DNA of 64,000 bases from an uncultured cyanobacterium (GCA_963697335.1 CAVONQ010000007.1:64001-128000); one strand, 5' to 3'; positions 44,790 through 55,024 are shown, counted from the stretch's first letter. Program-made: numbers and translations. The notes: generated by a model from the sequence alone, not told the origin.

Positions 44790-45764
44790 ATGATTCCCCT
44801 GAGCCGAGCACTGATTGATGACATCAAGCCATTCTATTTTTTTTCCAACTACGGACTAACCCTCTTTCTGATTCCGGGAAACACTTTTGAAAACTTTTCG
44901 GACGAAGTTGGCCTGCTCCGAGAGTTAACCTACAGGCAGAAGCTGTCTGGGTCTGGGAACAACAAGGACCTGGATGGCAGAGATCCCTTTTACGATCATT
45001 TCATCCTGGTTGATGATGCCACATTTGCACTAGCCGGGACAGCCCGTCTACAGTTTGTGCCAGCCCAGAATCCCTCATCAGCCCCCAGCACCGGCAGCCT
45101 TACCCACAGCTCAGCAACGTCATATCTTGAGCACGTCTACCCAGGGATCAAGAACTTTCTGATTACCCGCGGCAGCCACCTCGAAATCGGCAGAGTTGCC
45201 ATCTCACCAGCATTCCAGAGGCAACCGGCCTCGCTGATGACCCTGTTCCGGGGAGGCCTTCAAGCAGCTACCGCTTCAGGCTACACAGCAGTTTATGGAT
45301 TAGTGTCTTATAATCACTTTCAATACCCAGGGAGTGTGAACGATTTTTTTCTTCGCTCCCTGATGCTCTCTCCTTTCAGGGACGACAACACCGACATCCC
45401 TCCAGCCCGCTACCCGAGGGGATTCCGCGGCGATGAGCGTCACGCCGATGGTAGCTGCCAATCCATTCAGAAGCTGGAAGGCGAAACCCAGAAGCAGCTG
45501 GCCAGCTTCAAGCTGCCGGTGTTGTTACGCCAATACATCAACCTCATGGGAGCCAAAACCCATGATATTTCCGTCGCCAAAGACTTTAATCAGATCACGG
45601 AGATTCTGATGACAGCCGACCTCACCAAGGTCCCCCGGCGCCGGCTGCAGCATTTCGTCGGCTTTGGCCACGCGCCGGTCTACCGCCAGTTTCCCTGGTT
45701 CCGTGGGCCTTCTGGATCAGACCCAAGCGATGCAAGGCCTGCTGGCAAACCCTTGAGTCAATGA
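44790..45764 (+). CDS. GNAT-fold acyltransferase, OlsB/hemolysin-like (putatively acyl-ACP dependent)
   Basis: LRELTYR, DLDGRD..YDH, LEIGR, LPVLLRQY, DFN. Confidence 0.75.
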   Translation: MIPLSRALIDDIKPFYFFSNYGLTLFLIPGNTFENFSDEVGLLRELTYRQKLSGSGNNKDLDGRDPFYDHFILVDDATFALAGTARLQFVPAQNPSSAPSTGSLTHSSATSYLEHVYPGIKNFLITRGSHLEIGRVAISPAFQRQPASLMTLFRGGLQAATASGYTAVYGLVSYNHFQYPGSVNDFFLRSLMLSPFRDDNTDIPPARYPRGFRGDERHADGSCQSIQKLEGETQKQLASFKLPVLLRQYINLMGAKTHDISVAKDFNQITEILMTADLTKVPRRRLQHFVGFGHAPVYRQFPWFRGPSGSDPSDARPAGKPLSQ

Positions 45765-45824
45765 TAAAATACTGTATGCAGCACACTTGATCGCCCAGCT
45801 CCAGCTCGTCATAGTAGCAAACTC

Positions 45825-46172
45825 TTGACAGATTCAGCCACCCCAAAATCCAACGAAGGACTGCCATCCTCCGAAGGCCACCTGCAATCCAACATCAGCC
45901 TTCCTCTCACCGAGGCTGAGATACTGGCTGGCTTGAAAGATATTTTGGCGCGCATCGCCGGGGCCGATCCTGAGGGAATTGAGCTCGACGCCCTGATCAT
46001 TGATGACGTCGGTGTTGATTCCCTTGGTTTCTACGAGATTTTGATCGAAGCTGATGAAACCATGGGCATCAAGATCGAAGAGAAGGATCTTCTTACTTTC
46101 AAAACCGTACGCGATATCGTTGACTACGTCACGTCCCGATCCGGCACCCTGACCCAGCCAGCTCCGCGCTGA
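45825..46172 (+). CDS. Acyl carrier protein
   Basis: GVDSL phosphopantetheine site, FKTVRDIVDY; acidic. Confidence 0.9.
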   Translation: MTDSATPKSNEGLPSSEGHLQSNISLPLTEAEILAGLKDILARIAGADPEGIELDALIIDDVGVDSLGFYEILIEADETMGIKIEEKDLLTFKTVRDIVDYVTSRSGTLTQPAPR

Positions 46173-46273
46173 GAGTCCCAGGGTCAACCAACCGGGTCGG
46201 AACAGCGGCTTCAAAGCCGTAAGCCCAGCCGCGTAGGTTTGGCCATGTTTCGCGTCGAGCGCTGAACCCAGCC

Positions 46274-47524
46274 GTGGCCAAGGAGAGGATCGCCATCACG
46301 GGCATGGGAGCTCTCTCTCCCCTGGGTGTCGGGGTGGAGAGCAGTTGGCAGGCCTATCTCGGGGGCCGCTCCGGGATCAGCCCCCTGGTGGAGGACTGGG
46401 CCCAGGACCTCCCATCCCGCGTGGCTGGGGTCATCCCAGGAGATCCCACGGCCCAGCTGGAACCCCTGCTCAGGCGCCGGCTCGATCGCTGCTCCCAGCT
46501 CGCCCTGCTCGCAGCCCGTGAAGCCTGGCAGCAGTCAGGCCTGGGCGCAACGGACCCGTCGCCTGAACGCCGGGTTGCGGTGGTGGTGGGCTGCGGCATC
46601 GGCGGTCTGGAGACCATGGGGCAGCAGTACCGGATCCTGCTGGAGCGGGGCCCCTCGCGGGTGAATCCGGTAACGGTGCCGATGCTGATTCCCAATGCGG
46701 GGGCAGGGCAGATCAGCATTGCCCTCGGTGCCCACGGCGGCGCTCACACGCCGGTTTCGGCCTGTGCTTCCTCCGCCGAAGCCCTGCTCTGGGCCCTGAT
46801 GCTGCTGCGCGATGACCGGGCCGATGTGGTGGTGGCGGGGGGGTCGGAGGCCCCCGTGAACCAACTGGGCCTGGCGGGCTTCAGTGCCATGCGCGCCCTC
46901 TCCACCCGTAACAGCACACCGGGGCTGGCCTCCAGCCCCTATGGCCTGGATCGGGATGGCTTCGTGATCGCTGAGGGGGCCGGCATTCTGGTTCTGGAGC
47001 GCGAGGCCGATGCCCACGCCCGCGGCGCCCGCTGTGAGGCATTCCTGCTCGATGCGGGCAGCACCGCCGATGCCCATCACATGGTGTCCCCCGAACCCCA
47101 TGGCACCCAGGCCCGGGCCGCCATGCAGCAGGCCCTGCGGCGCAGCGATCTGGCCGTGGCGGATCTGAGTTTCATCCAGGCCCATGCCACGGGCACGGCC
47201 ATGGGCGATCTGGCGGAAGCCCAGGCGATCGGTGGACTTCTGAAAAAAGCCAACGCGCCCCTACCGGTGACGGCACCGAAAGGACAATTCGGCCACATGC
47301 TTGGCGGGGCCGGCGCGGTGGAAACCATCATGGCCATCAGGTCCCTGGCCAGCGGGCAGGTTCCTGTGAGCGCCAACAGTCAGCCCCAGGATCCCGCCGT
47401 AGAGCTCCACCTAGTCCAGGGGGAACCCACCCGGCTTACGGTGCCGGTTGAGCAACGCTGTGTGCTCAAAAATGCGTTTGGCTTTGGTGGGCACAACATT
47501 GCCCTGGTGTTGCAGGGGGCCTGA
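46274..47524 (+). CDS. fabF: Beta-ketoacyl-ACP synthase II
   Basis: SACASS, AHATGT, GHMLG, FGFGGHN. Confidence 0.93.
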   Translation: MAKERIAITGMGALSPLGVGVESSWQAYLGGRSGISPLVEDWAQDLPSRVAGVIPGDPTAQLEPLLRRRLDRCSQLALLAAREAWQQSGLGATDPSPERRVAVVVGCGIGGLETMGQQYRILLERGPSRVNPVTVPMLIPNAGAGQISIALGAHGGAHTPVSACASSAEALLWALMLLRDDRADVVVAGGSEAPVNQLGLAGFSAMRALSTRNSTPGLASSPYGLDRDGFVIAEGAGILVLEREADAHARGARCEAFLLDAGSTADAHHMVSPEPHGTQARAAMQQALRRSDLAVADLSFIQAHATGTAMGDLAEAQAIGGLLKKANAPLPVTAPKGQFGHMLGGAGAVETIMAIRSLASGQVPVSANSQPQDPAVELHLVQGEPTRLTVPVEQRCVLKNAFGFGGHNIALVLQGA

Positions 47525-49576
47525 TCAGCTGGCCACATGGTGATGACGCTCGGCCCAGCCGGCCGCATCCTGGGAGTAGTAGTCCATCACGCGGCGGGAG
47601 AAACCCTCCCGATGGTTCTCCTCGGCTGGCAACCTGAGATCCTCGGGACGCCCCTGGCGGCAGTGGAGCACGACCCGTGGGGCCGTGAGTCGCTGGGCCA
47701 GCAGGCGCAGTGGTTTGTAGAGCGCCCCAGCCTCGATGCCCTCCAGCCCCCTGTACTCAAACCACCACGGCACCACCGTGGCCCGATGGCGACGGGCCAG
47801 CAGATAGGCACTGGCGGAAGCGCGCTGCAGGATCGACGTCCTCAGGGAACCGTTGGGCGCGATCATCAACTGGCCGTGGCGCTCCAGCACCTGCGACGAC
47901 CTCCAAAGTGTGCTGCGCCGTTGATCGGGATGGCGATGATCCAGGAGCACATGGCCGGCATTGGTGGCGGAACGGTCAAAGAACGGCAGCAACCGGTTCA
48001 GGTGCAACCCTGAGGTGGTGACCGCGGGAATCTGCAGATAGCCCTGGATGGCGAACACGTCAAAGGGGCTGTTGTGATTCCAGATATGGATGCGTCGGCA
48101 CTGATCATCCTGGAGCAACAGGCTGTCGTCCACAATCACGTCAATGCCCACAGCGCGCAGGCCGAAGCGGGCCACCACGGTGAGCAAGCTTCGGGCCAGC
48201 CGCCTCAGCCTCAGAGTGAGAGCGATCAGCTCCAAGGCATAGGCCGCATACATGGCCCCGAAGCAGAACAGGCGATAGATCACCCGCAGGGGCACCACCC
48301 AGCCCAGCCTGGTGGCCTTGGGCCGGCCCAGCTGGGCTGGGCTGGACCGCGCCGAAAGAGCCACCGGCAACGTCTCGCGAAAAGGGAATTCACCGTCAAA
48401 GTTGCCGTTGATCTGGGTGGTGGTGACCAGGTGGTTGTAGAAGCGATAGAACAACGGTCGACTGCTGGTCTGGGGCGAGGCCCAGAAACCATCGAGTGGC
48501 TGTTGATCAGTAAGGCCGGGCAGGTTGTAGAACGTCTGCCCCATCACTTTGGTGGCTGCCGCGTGGAAGAGGGCCTGCAGTCCCACTGTGCTATTCACGG
48601 TGACCACGCCGCGACAGGTGCGGATGAAGGCACTGAGGGGACCATCATGGAAGTAATGAACCCGACCAGCGACACCTTCACGCTCGGCCAGAAGGTGAAT
48701 CAATGATTTGTAATTGTTGTAACCGCGATCGCGGGGATGGTGCTTGAAGGCAAGATGGTCGGATGGGTGAGCATGGGCAGCAAAGGACACGACCACTGTT
48801 TCAATGAAATCGTGCATGCCACGAAAGCCTGACCCTGTGGTGATCTGGGAGTCACTTGAAACCTGAAGAACGGCCAGAAAGAACGACAGGTTTTCGACCA
48901 ACAATTGCTTGAGCTTGCGTTCCTGCAGCCGATACATCCAGTAGCGCACCGAGCCCCGCAGTTGGCACCAGAGAAAGGCTGGCGAGGGCTGCAGCTTATG
49001 CTCCCCTTCAATGATCCTGTAGCGCGTGAAGGCGTGCTGGATGAAGGTGGGTGCTTTCCAGATCTTGCGCCAGCGCCATCCAGGATCAAGGCGTGCCTGG
49101 GGCAGATGGGCCACCGCTGGCAGAGCCTCGTAGAAACTCACCGGCTGGTTGAGATTGGAACGGCAGTTGACGCGATCACGCTCCAGAGTGACATAGTTCG
49201 GCCTGACGTAACCCAGCTCAAAAACATAAGCATCAACGTTCAGGCTGTGGGCCACCTCAATGGCCAGGCGATGGGGATCAATAAAGTCGCCATACATAAA
49301 CAGGTGGCGGATTCCCTTTTCCTGAATCACCTCTCGCAGAAAAGAGGGCCATTCCTCCATGGAACCTGAAAACGGAATCCTGGCCTGCCGAGGAAATCCG
49401 AATTCGTGCAGCGGATAGGAAATCTTGTAAACCGGCACACCGCAATCGTGCAGATATCGCCAAAGGCGCGAGAAGAACAGACCGATCGGGCCCATCAGGA
49501 GCAGCACCGGGCCTTCGATCTGAATCTGAACGCTGGCCAATGCCACACCTGCGGCCGGATGAACGCATTCTCCCAT
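47525..49576 (-). CDS. kpsS: KpsS/LipB capsule protein fused to a PlsC-like acyltransferase domain
   Basis: ELGYVRP, LQVSSDSQ, KHHP.DRG, TVNSTVGLQAL; C-terminal NHNSPFD and APNGS; start uncertain. Confidence 0.88.
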   Translation of the reverse strand: MGECVHPAAGVALASVQIQIEGPVLLLMGPIGLFFSRLWRYLHDCGVPVYKISYPLHEFGFPRQARIPFSGSMEEWPSFLREVIQEKGIRHLFMYGDFIDPHRLAIEVAHSLNVDAYVFELGYVRPNYVTLERDRVNCRSNLNQPVSFYEALPAVAHLPQARLDPGWRWRKIWKAPTFIQHAFTRYRIIEGEHKLQPSPAFLWCQLRGSVRYWMYRLQERKLKQLLVENLSFFLAVLQVSSDSQITTGSGFRGMHDFIETVVVSFAAHAHPSDHLAFKHHPRDRGYNNYKSLIHLLAEREGVAGRVHYFHDGPLSAFIRTCRGVVTVNSTVGLQALFHAAATKVMGQTFYNLPGLTDQQPLDGFWASPQTSSRPLFYRFYNHLVTTTQINGNFDGEFPFRETLPVALSARSSPAQLGRPKATRLGWVVPLRVIYRLFCFGAMYAAYALELIALTLRLRRLARSLLTVVARFGLRAVGIDVIVDDSLLLQDDQCRRIHIWNHNSPFDVFAIQGYLQIPAVTTSGLHLNRLLPFFDRSATNAGHVLLDHRHPDQRRSTLWRSSQVLERHGQLMIAPNGSLRTSILQRASASAYLLARRHRATVVPWWFEYRGLEGIEAGALYKPLRLLAQRLTAPRVVLHCRQGRPEDLRLPAEENHREGFSRRVMDYYSQDAAGWAERHHHVAS

Positions 49577-49685
49577 GCTGCACCGGCCGGGCCGGGCTGA
49601 AACCCAGTGCTGACAGGCACTGAGGCAGGTGATGGGTCCTCGGGACAAGGCGTAGGATCTGTCAAAACAATCTTCGGGACAAAGG

Positions 49686-51887
49686 ATGGGGTCCAGCCCT
49701 CAGTCGGCCGCTTCCCCGCTCCTGCCCAGCCCCAGTCCCGACCCTGCGGCCGCCGCCGCAACCAGTGCTGCCTACGGCGGCCCGGGACCGTTGATCGGCC
49801 TTCCCGACCCCCTCGTGCTGGCCCACACCACCCTGGAGGCGTTGCTGGCTCCGGCCAGGGTCGTGGTGGGGCGCCGTGCCTGCAGGCGCAGCGACCTGGA
49901 GGCGTTGCTGGTGTGGGGACGGCGCCGCAGCGGGCTCTGGGGCGAACGAGAGGCCGTGCGCCGTGACCTGCCCCTGTGGCGCGTCGAGGACGCCTTCCTG
50001 CGCTCGGTGGATCCAGGGCCCAAGGCACCACCGCTTGGCATCCTGCTGGACGATCGGGGGATCCACTACGACGCCTCCGGGCCCAGCAGGCTGGAGACCC
50101 TGATCGCCTCGGGCCTGGGGCCTGCCCAGCAGCAGCGTGCCCGGCAGCTGGCGGCAGCCTGGCGGGAGCACCGGGTCAGCAAGCTGAACGGGTCCCGGGA
50201 GTCGCCGCCCCCCGATGGCCCCTTCGTGCTGGTGGTGGATCAGGTGGCGGGCGATGCCGCCATCCGCCACGGCGCCGCCTCCGCAGCCAGCTTCCTGGCG
50301 ATGCTCGAGGCAGCACTGCAGGACTTTCCCACTCACCAGGTCGTGCTGAAGACCCACCCCGACGTGGTGAGCGGGCGGCGCCGGGGGCATTTCCCGGCGG
50401 AGGTCTTCCAGCACCCCAGGGTGCTGGCCTGTGCCGATGGGGGCCATCCGGCGGCCCTGCTGGAAGCCGCCAGCGCCGTGTATGTGGTCACCTCTCAGAT
50501 GGGTTTCGAGGCCATGATCTGGGGGCGGCCCGTGCACTGCTTCGGCATGCCCTTCTACGCCGGCTGGGGGCTCAGCCACGACCGCCTGCCCGCGCCAGAC
50601 CAGGCGGCCCGGGCAAAAGGCGCCCGCGCAGGAGGTGCCCAGCTGGAGAATCTGGTGCATGCCTGCCTGGTGGGGTACGCCCGCTACCTCAACCCCGAAA
50701 CCCGCCAGCCCACCAGTCCGGAGGCTCTGATCGCCCATATCGGCCTGCAGCGGCGCCAGCGGGCCGCGGTGCCCCCGGCCCTGGAGGTGTTCGGGGTCGC
50801 CGGCTGGAAACGCCAGGCCGTGCGCCGCTTTCAGCGCACCCTCAGTCCAGGCCGACTTCGCTTTCGCCCCTTCCATGCCAGGCCGACCCGGGAGGCCGGT
50901 TGGCGCTGCCTGGTGTGGGGCAACCGGGTGGGGCTGGGACTGCGCAAGGCTGGCAGCCCCCTGATCCACGCCGAAGACGGCTTTCTGCGCTCAGTGGGGC
51001 AGGGATGGTGGCTGCGCTGGGTGCCGCCGGTGTCCTGGGTGGTGGACCACTCCGGCATCTACTACGACGCCTCCTGCGCCTGCGACCTGGAGACCTTCCT
51101 GGCCGAACACCACTTCACGGCCGCCGAGCGACAGCGGGCAGCGGCCCTGCGGCAGCGGATCGTGGCGGCGGGGGTGACGAAATACAACCTTCGCGCACCC
51201 CTGTGGAGCCGTCCCTCAGACCTGGGCCGCAGACAGGTGCGCCTGGTGCCCGGCCAGGTGGAGGTGGACCTCTCGATCCGTTACGGCGTGCCGAAGCAGG
51301 CCAGTGTGCGCAGCAATCTGCAGCTGCTGCAAGCGGTGCGGGCGGCCTATCCGGACGATTTCCTGATCTACAAGCCCCATCCGGATGTGGTCTCCGGGCG
51401 TCAGAAACCCGGCCCAGGGGAACCGGAGGCTCACCGCCACTGCGATCTGGTGCTGGTCGAGGCGCCGATGGACCATCTGCTCCAGGAGGTGGACAGCGTG
51501 CACGTGCGCACCTCGATCACCGGCTTCGAAGCCCTGCTGCGGGGCATCCCTGTGGAGACCTGGGGCATGCCCTTCTATGCCGGCTGGGGGCTCAGCCGCG
51601 ACCAGCTGCAGTGCGAGCGGCGGGGCCGGGCCCTGGTGCTCGATGACCTGGTCTATGGCGCCCTGATCCACTATCCGATCTATCTGAGCCAGGGCTCGGG
51701 GGACTTCACCACGCCGGAGCGGGCCGTGGAGGAGCTGGGGCTGCTGCGCCGCGATCCCGGCGCCTTCCCCACCGCCCTGCCCCGCTGGCTGGAGCTGCTG
51801 GGGCTGGATCCGCCGCCGGAGCTGCGCTTCCGGCTGGCCCAGATCCGAGCGCGGCTGCGTGCCTGGAGCCCCGATGGGCGCTGCTAG
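49686..51887 (+). CDS. kpsC: KpsC/LipA capsule beta-Kdo-transferase-family protein (two GT modules)
   Basis: Duplicated EDxFLRS, GIxYD, QxxxD, KxHPD, GFEA, GMPFYAGWGL. Confidence 0.93.
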   Translation: MGSSPQSAASPLLPSPSPDPAAAAATSAAYGGPGPLIGLPDPLVLAHTTLEALLAPARVVVGRRACRRSDLEALLVWGRRRSGLWGEREAVRRDLPLWRVEDAFLRSVDPGPKAPPLGILLDDRGIHYDASGPSRLETLIASGLGPAQQQRARQLAAAWREHRVSKLNGSRESPPPDGPFVLVVDQVAGDAAIRHGAASAASFLAMLEAALQDFPTHQVVLKTHPDVVSGRRRGHFPAEVFQHPRVLACADGGHPAALLEAASAVYVVTSQMGFEAMIWGRPVHCFGMPFYAGWGLSHDRLPAPDQAARAKGARAGGAQLENLVHACLVGYARYLNPETRQPTSPEALIAHIGLQRRQRAAVPPALEVFGVAGWKRQAVRRFQRTLSPGRLRFRPFHARPTREAGWRCLVWGNRVGLGLRKAGSPLIHAEDGFLRSVGQGWWLRWVPPVSWVVDHSGIYYDASCACDLETFLAEHHFTAAERQRAAALRQRIVAAGVTKYNLRAPLWSRPSDLGRRQVRLVPGQVEVDLSIRYGVPKQASVRSNLQLLQAVRAAYPDDFLIYKPHPDVVSGRQKPGPGEPEAHRHCDLVLVEAPMDHLLQEVDSVHVRTSITGFEALLRGIPVETWGMPFYAGWGLSRDQLQCERRGRALVLDDLVYGALIHYPIYLSQGSGDFTTPERAVEELGLLRRDPGAFPTALPRWLELLGLDPPPELRFRLAQIRARLRAWSPDGRC

Positions 51888-51921
51888 GTTCGGGCTCAGT
51901 GCGGACCCCGGAGTCCTGGGG

Positions 51922-52680
51922 ATGGAACTGCCGATCCCGCGCCACGACTGGCCCGAACCGCTGATCGACCCCTCCCTGCCGCCCCTCGCCCTGATTCCGG
52001 CCCGGGGAGGGTCCAAGGGCATTCCCCACAAGAATCTCCAGCTCCTGGGCGGCCTCCCCCTGGTGGGACGCACGGTCCAGAGCGCCCTCGCCGCCCATTG
52101 CATCGGCCGAGTGGTGGTCAGCACCGACGATGGGGCGATCGCGGCGGCGGCCGCCGCCGCAGGCGCCGAGGTGGTGACCCGGCCTGCGGCACTGGCCGGG
52201 GACGGGGCATCGTCGGAGTCGGCCCTGGTGCACGCTCTGCGCGATCTGGGTCAGCAGGGCGCCCTACCCCGCATGTTCGTCTTTTTGCAGTGCACCTCAC
52301 CCTTCACCACCGGCGAGCAGATTGACCGGGTGGTGCAGGGGCTGCAGGGATCAGAGGCCAACCTGGCCTTTGCGGTAACGCCGTGGCACGGCTTCCTGTG
52401 GGGCCGCGATCCTGACGGCTGGGGCGTGGGCCTCAATCACGACGCCGGCCGCCCCCGCCAGAGGCGCCAGGACCTGGAGCCCTGCTTCCTCGAGACAGGC
52501 TCCATCTATGCCCTGCGCACCCAAGCGTTCCTGAGTGCCGGCAGCCGCTTCGTGCCTCCCCTGCTGCCGGTGGAGATCGAGGCGCTCTCCCCGGAGATTG
52601 ACACCCCGGCAGATCTTGCCCTCTGCCGTCAGCTGGCCCCCCTGCTTGATGGCGCCACTCCCGGAGGGCTGGGCGGATGA
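51922..52680 (+). CDS. neuA: Acylneuraminate (nonulosonate) cytidylyltransferase
   Basis: IPARGGSKGIPHKN, VVVSTD, LQCTSP, EIDTPAD. Confidence 0.9.
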   Translation: MELPIPRHDWPEPLIDPSLPPLALIPARGGSKGIPHKNLQLLGGLPLVGRTVQSALAAHCIGRVVVSTDDGAIAAAAAAAGAEVVTRPAALAGDGASSESALVHALRDLGQQGALPRMFVFLQCTSPFTTGEQIDRVVQGLQGSEANLAFAVTPWHGFLWGRDPDGWGVGLNHDAGRPRQRRQDLEPCFLETGSIYALRTQAFLSAGSRFVPPLLPVEIEALSPEIDTPADLALCRQLAPLLDGATPGGLGG

Positions 52681-53978
52681 GCCGCCTGCAGGACCGGCAG
52701 ATCGCCGCCATCGCGAGCTTCGACTCCTTTGGCAAGACCGCCATGGCGATGTTGTCGGTGTGCCGCAAGCAAGGGGCAATGACCACCCTGTTCCTGCTGG
52801 AAATTCAGGGCCGCCGTCTGTCGCGGCGGCAGCTGATCGAAATCCAGCGGATCGACGCCAAAGTGACGATCGTGCGCCAGGACTGGCAGACGCTCCGCCA
52901 GATCCGCGCCACCCTCGCCGGGCTCGATGCCCTCGTGCTGGGCCTGGACGGCCAGCGCACCCGCGAGCTGCAGATGCTGCTGCGTTCGGAGATGCCTGGC
53001 GGACGCTGGCCCCTGACGGTGAGCGCCTACCCCGGCATCCTCTTCCGCCACCAGATCGAGGGCATGATGGATCGCTCCGGGGCCGATCTGCTCTGCCTCA
53101 ACTCCCCGGTGGACCTGGCGCTCTACAGCCACGCCTGCGAAGCCCTGGGGATCTCGGCCAGCAACGCCGTGGTGACGGGTCTGCCGATCCTCTGGAACCT
53201 TCACCCAGGCCGCCGCGGCCCCGTGGAGAAGCCGAGCATCGTCTTCTTTGAACAGCCCTCGGTGCCAGGCAATCCTCTGCAGCGCCACTACGTCTGCAAC
53301 CGGCTCAACGACCTCGCCAAGCGCTGGCCAGACCACACGGTGATCTTCAAGCCGCGCACCTCCGGGGTGGAGCGCACCCTGCACAGGCGCCATGGCGAGA
53401 TGGCCAGCCGCATCGAGAAGCTGATGCGAAAATCGCCGAATCTGCAGATCAACTACAAGCCGAGCCTCGCCCTGCTACGCCAGTGTGGCTGCGCCATCAC
53501 CGTGTCCTCGACGGCGGCCATGGAGGCGATGGCCCTGGGCATCAGCACCCGCATCGTGGCCGACCTGGGGGTGAACGAAACCCTCGGCAACCACTACTTC
53601 GTGGCCTCAAACACGGTGCGCAGCTTCGAGGCGATCATTGCCGATCCGTTCACGCCGATCCACGACGAGGCCTGGCTGGACAGCCACGGCCGCTGTCAGG
53701 ACGGCCGCGAACGCTTCATCGAGGCCATGGCCGAGCGGCTCGAACGGGGCAGGGAGGCCCCAGCTGGCAGCCCCTCCACCACCTCCCCGGGGCCGCCGGG
53801 CTGGGGGGCCGAGCCCTGGCAGCAGTATGCCCTCCGCCACGGCGGCCGGCGGATGCTGAGCAGCGCCGGCAACCGCTCCCGCCTCAAGACCAGCCACCGA
53901 GGCAAGAACGTGATGCGCTATCTGCGCGACCTGGTGCTCGGCCTGCACTGGGTTGAGGACTTCGTCCGCGGCCGATGA
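52677..53978 (+). CDS. Putative glycosyltransferase (DUF6716-like), copy 1
   Basis: FDSF, D...LN, FFEQP, FKPR, VSSTAAMEA. Confidence 0.7.
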   Translation: MSRLQDRQIAAIASFDSFGKTAMAMLSVCRKQGAMTTLFLLEIQGRRLSRRQLIEIQRIDAKVTIVRQDWQTLRQIRATLAGLDALVLGLDGQRTRELQMLLRSEMPGGRWPLTVSAYPGILFRHQIEGMMDRSGADLLCLNSPVDLALYSHACEALGISASNAVVTGLPILWNLHPGRRGPVEKPSIVFFEQPSVPGNPLQRHYVCNRLNDLAKRWPDHTVIFKPRTSGVERTLHRRHGEMASRIEKLMRKSPNLQINYKPSLALLRQCGCAITVSSTAAMEAMALGISTRIVADLGVNETLGNHYFVASNTVRSFEAIIADPFTPIHDEAWLDSHGRCQDGRERFIEAMAERLERGREAPAGSPSTTSPGPPGWGAEPWQQYALRHGGRRMLSSAGNRSRLKTSHRGKNVMRYLRDLVLGLHWVEDFVRGR

Positions 53979-55024
53979 GGGTGCTGCTGGTGAGTGACAG
54001 CCCGGCGAGCCGCTTCGCCTGCGGGGCCCTCGCCTCGGCCCTGGAGTCTGCGGGAGCGGAGGTGTGGGTGGATGCACCCCTGGAGCTGGAGGCCCTCAGC
54101 TGCAGCGATCTGCTGCTCGATCTGGACGGGGTGGGTCTGTTCATCAGCCCCCTGCAGGTGCCCCCCTTCCTGCGACGACTGCGGCAGGCTGCCGCCCTGA
54201 GGGGCCGTACGCCGGTGGCCGTGTTCAGTGGGCCGTCCACGCCCCTGGTGGGCGATGACCTGGCAAAGGATCTGCTGCCACGGCTCGGGGTCGACCTGCT
54301 CTGCCTGCAGGGCCCGCGCCAGCAGGAGGAGCTGGCAGACCTGGGGCGCACGAGCGGGCAATCGCCGCCGCCGACGGCCTTGCTGGGGTGGTGGGGGCTG
54401 ACGCCGAAGCTCCCTGCCGCGGCACCGGGATCCCGGCCACGGCGCCTGGTGTTCCTGGAGCAGGCGATGCTGCCGCCCGCCCCAGGAGCGCGCCTGCGGC
54501 TGCTGGAAGTGCTGGAGCGCCTCTGCGCCAGCTCTCCGGCCTGGGAGGTGATCCTTCAGAGCGATCCATTGCAGGAGGCACTGGCCCACGCAGGTGATTA
54601 CCCTGATTCGGCGGGTGGCGAAGCCAGCGAACCCAGCCTGGCCGCGTTGCTGGAGCAGCGCCCGCCCCTGGCCAATCTGCGCCTGGCCCCGCCCTCGGCC
54701 TGGGCCCGCAGCCTCGATCGAGCCGGCGTCTGCGCCACGATCAGCAGCCCCCTGCTGTGGGAGGCCCTGGGCCGTCAGCTGCCGCTGCTGTTGCTGGGCG
54801 ACTATGGCATCCGCTCCGATATGGAGGGGCCCCTACTGTTTGGCTCAGGGCTGATGGGCCGGATCACCGGCTGCGAAAACCTCGAGGAGCTGCTGCATCT
54901 GCCCTGCCCCAATCCCGGCTGGCTGCGGGAGCTGGGCTGGGAGATCGGCCCCGGTGCCGGTGCCCTGATCCAGTGGCTGGCGGACAGGCCGGCGCAGGCC
55001 ATTGGCCTGGAGGAGTGGCGATGA
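53975..55024 (+). CDS. Putative glycosyltransferase (DUF6716-like), divergent copy 2
   Basis: LVSDS, DLLCLQG, VFLEQ, TISSPLLWEA, GDYG. Confidence 0.6.
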   Translation: MRVLLVSDSPASRFACGALASALESAGAEVWVDAPLELEALSCSDLLLDLDGVGLFISPLQVPPFLRRLRQAAALRGRTPVAVFSGPSTPLVGDDLAKDLLPRLGVDLLCLQGPRQQEELADLGRTSGQSPPPTALLGWWGLTPKLPAAAPGSRPRRLVFLEQAMLPPAPGARLRLLEVLERLCASSPAWEVILQSDPLQEALAHAGDYPDSAGGEASEPSLAALLEQRPPLANLRLAPPSAWARSLDRAGVCATISSPLLWEALGRQLPLLLLGDYGIRSDMEGPLLFGSGLMGRITGCENLEELLHLPCPNPGWLRELGWEIGPGAGALIQWLADRPAQAIGLEEWR

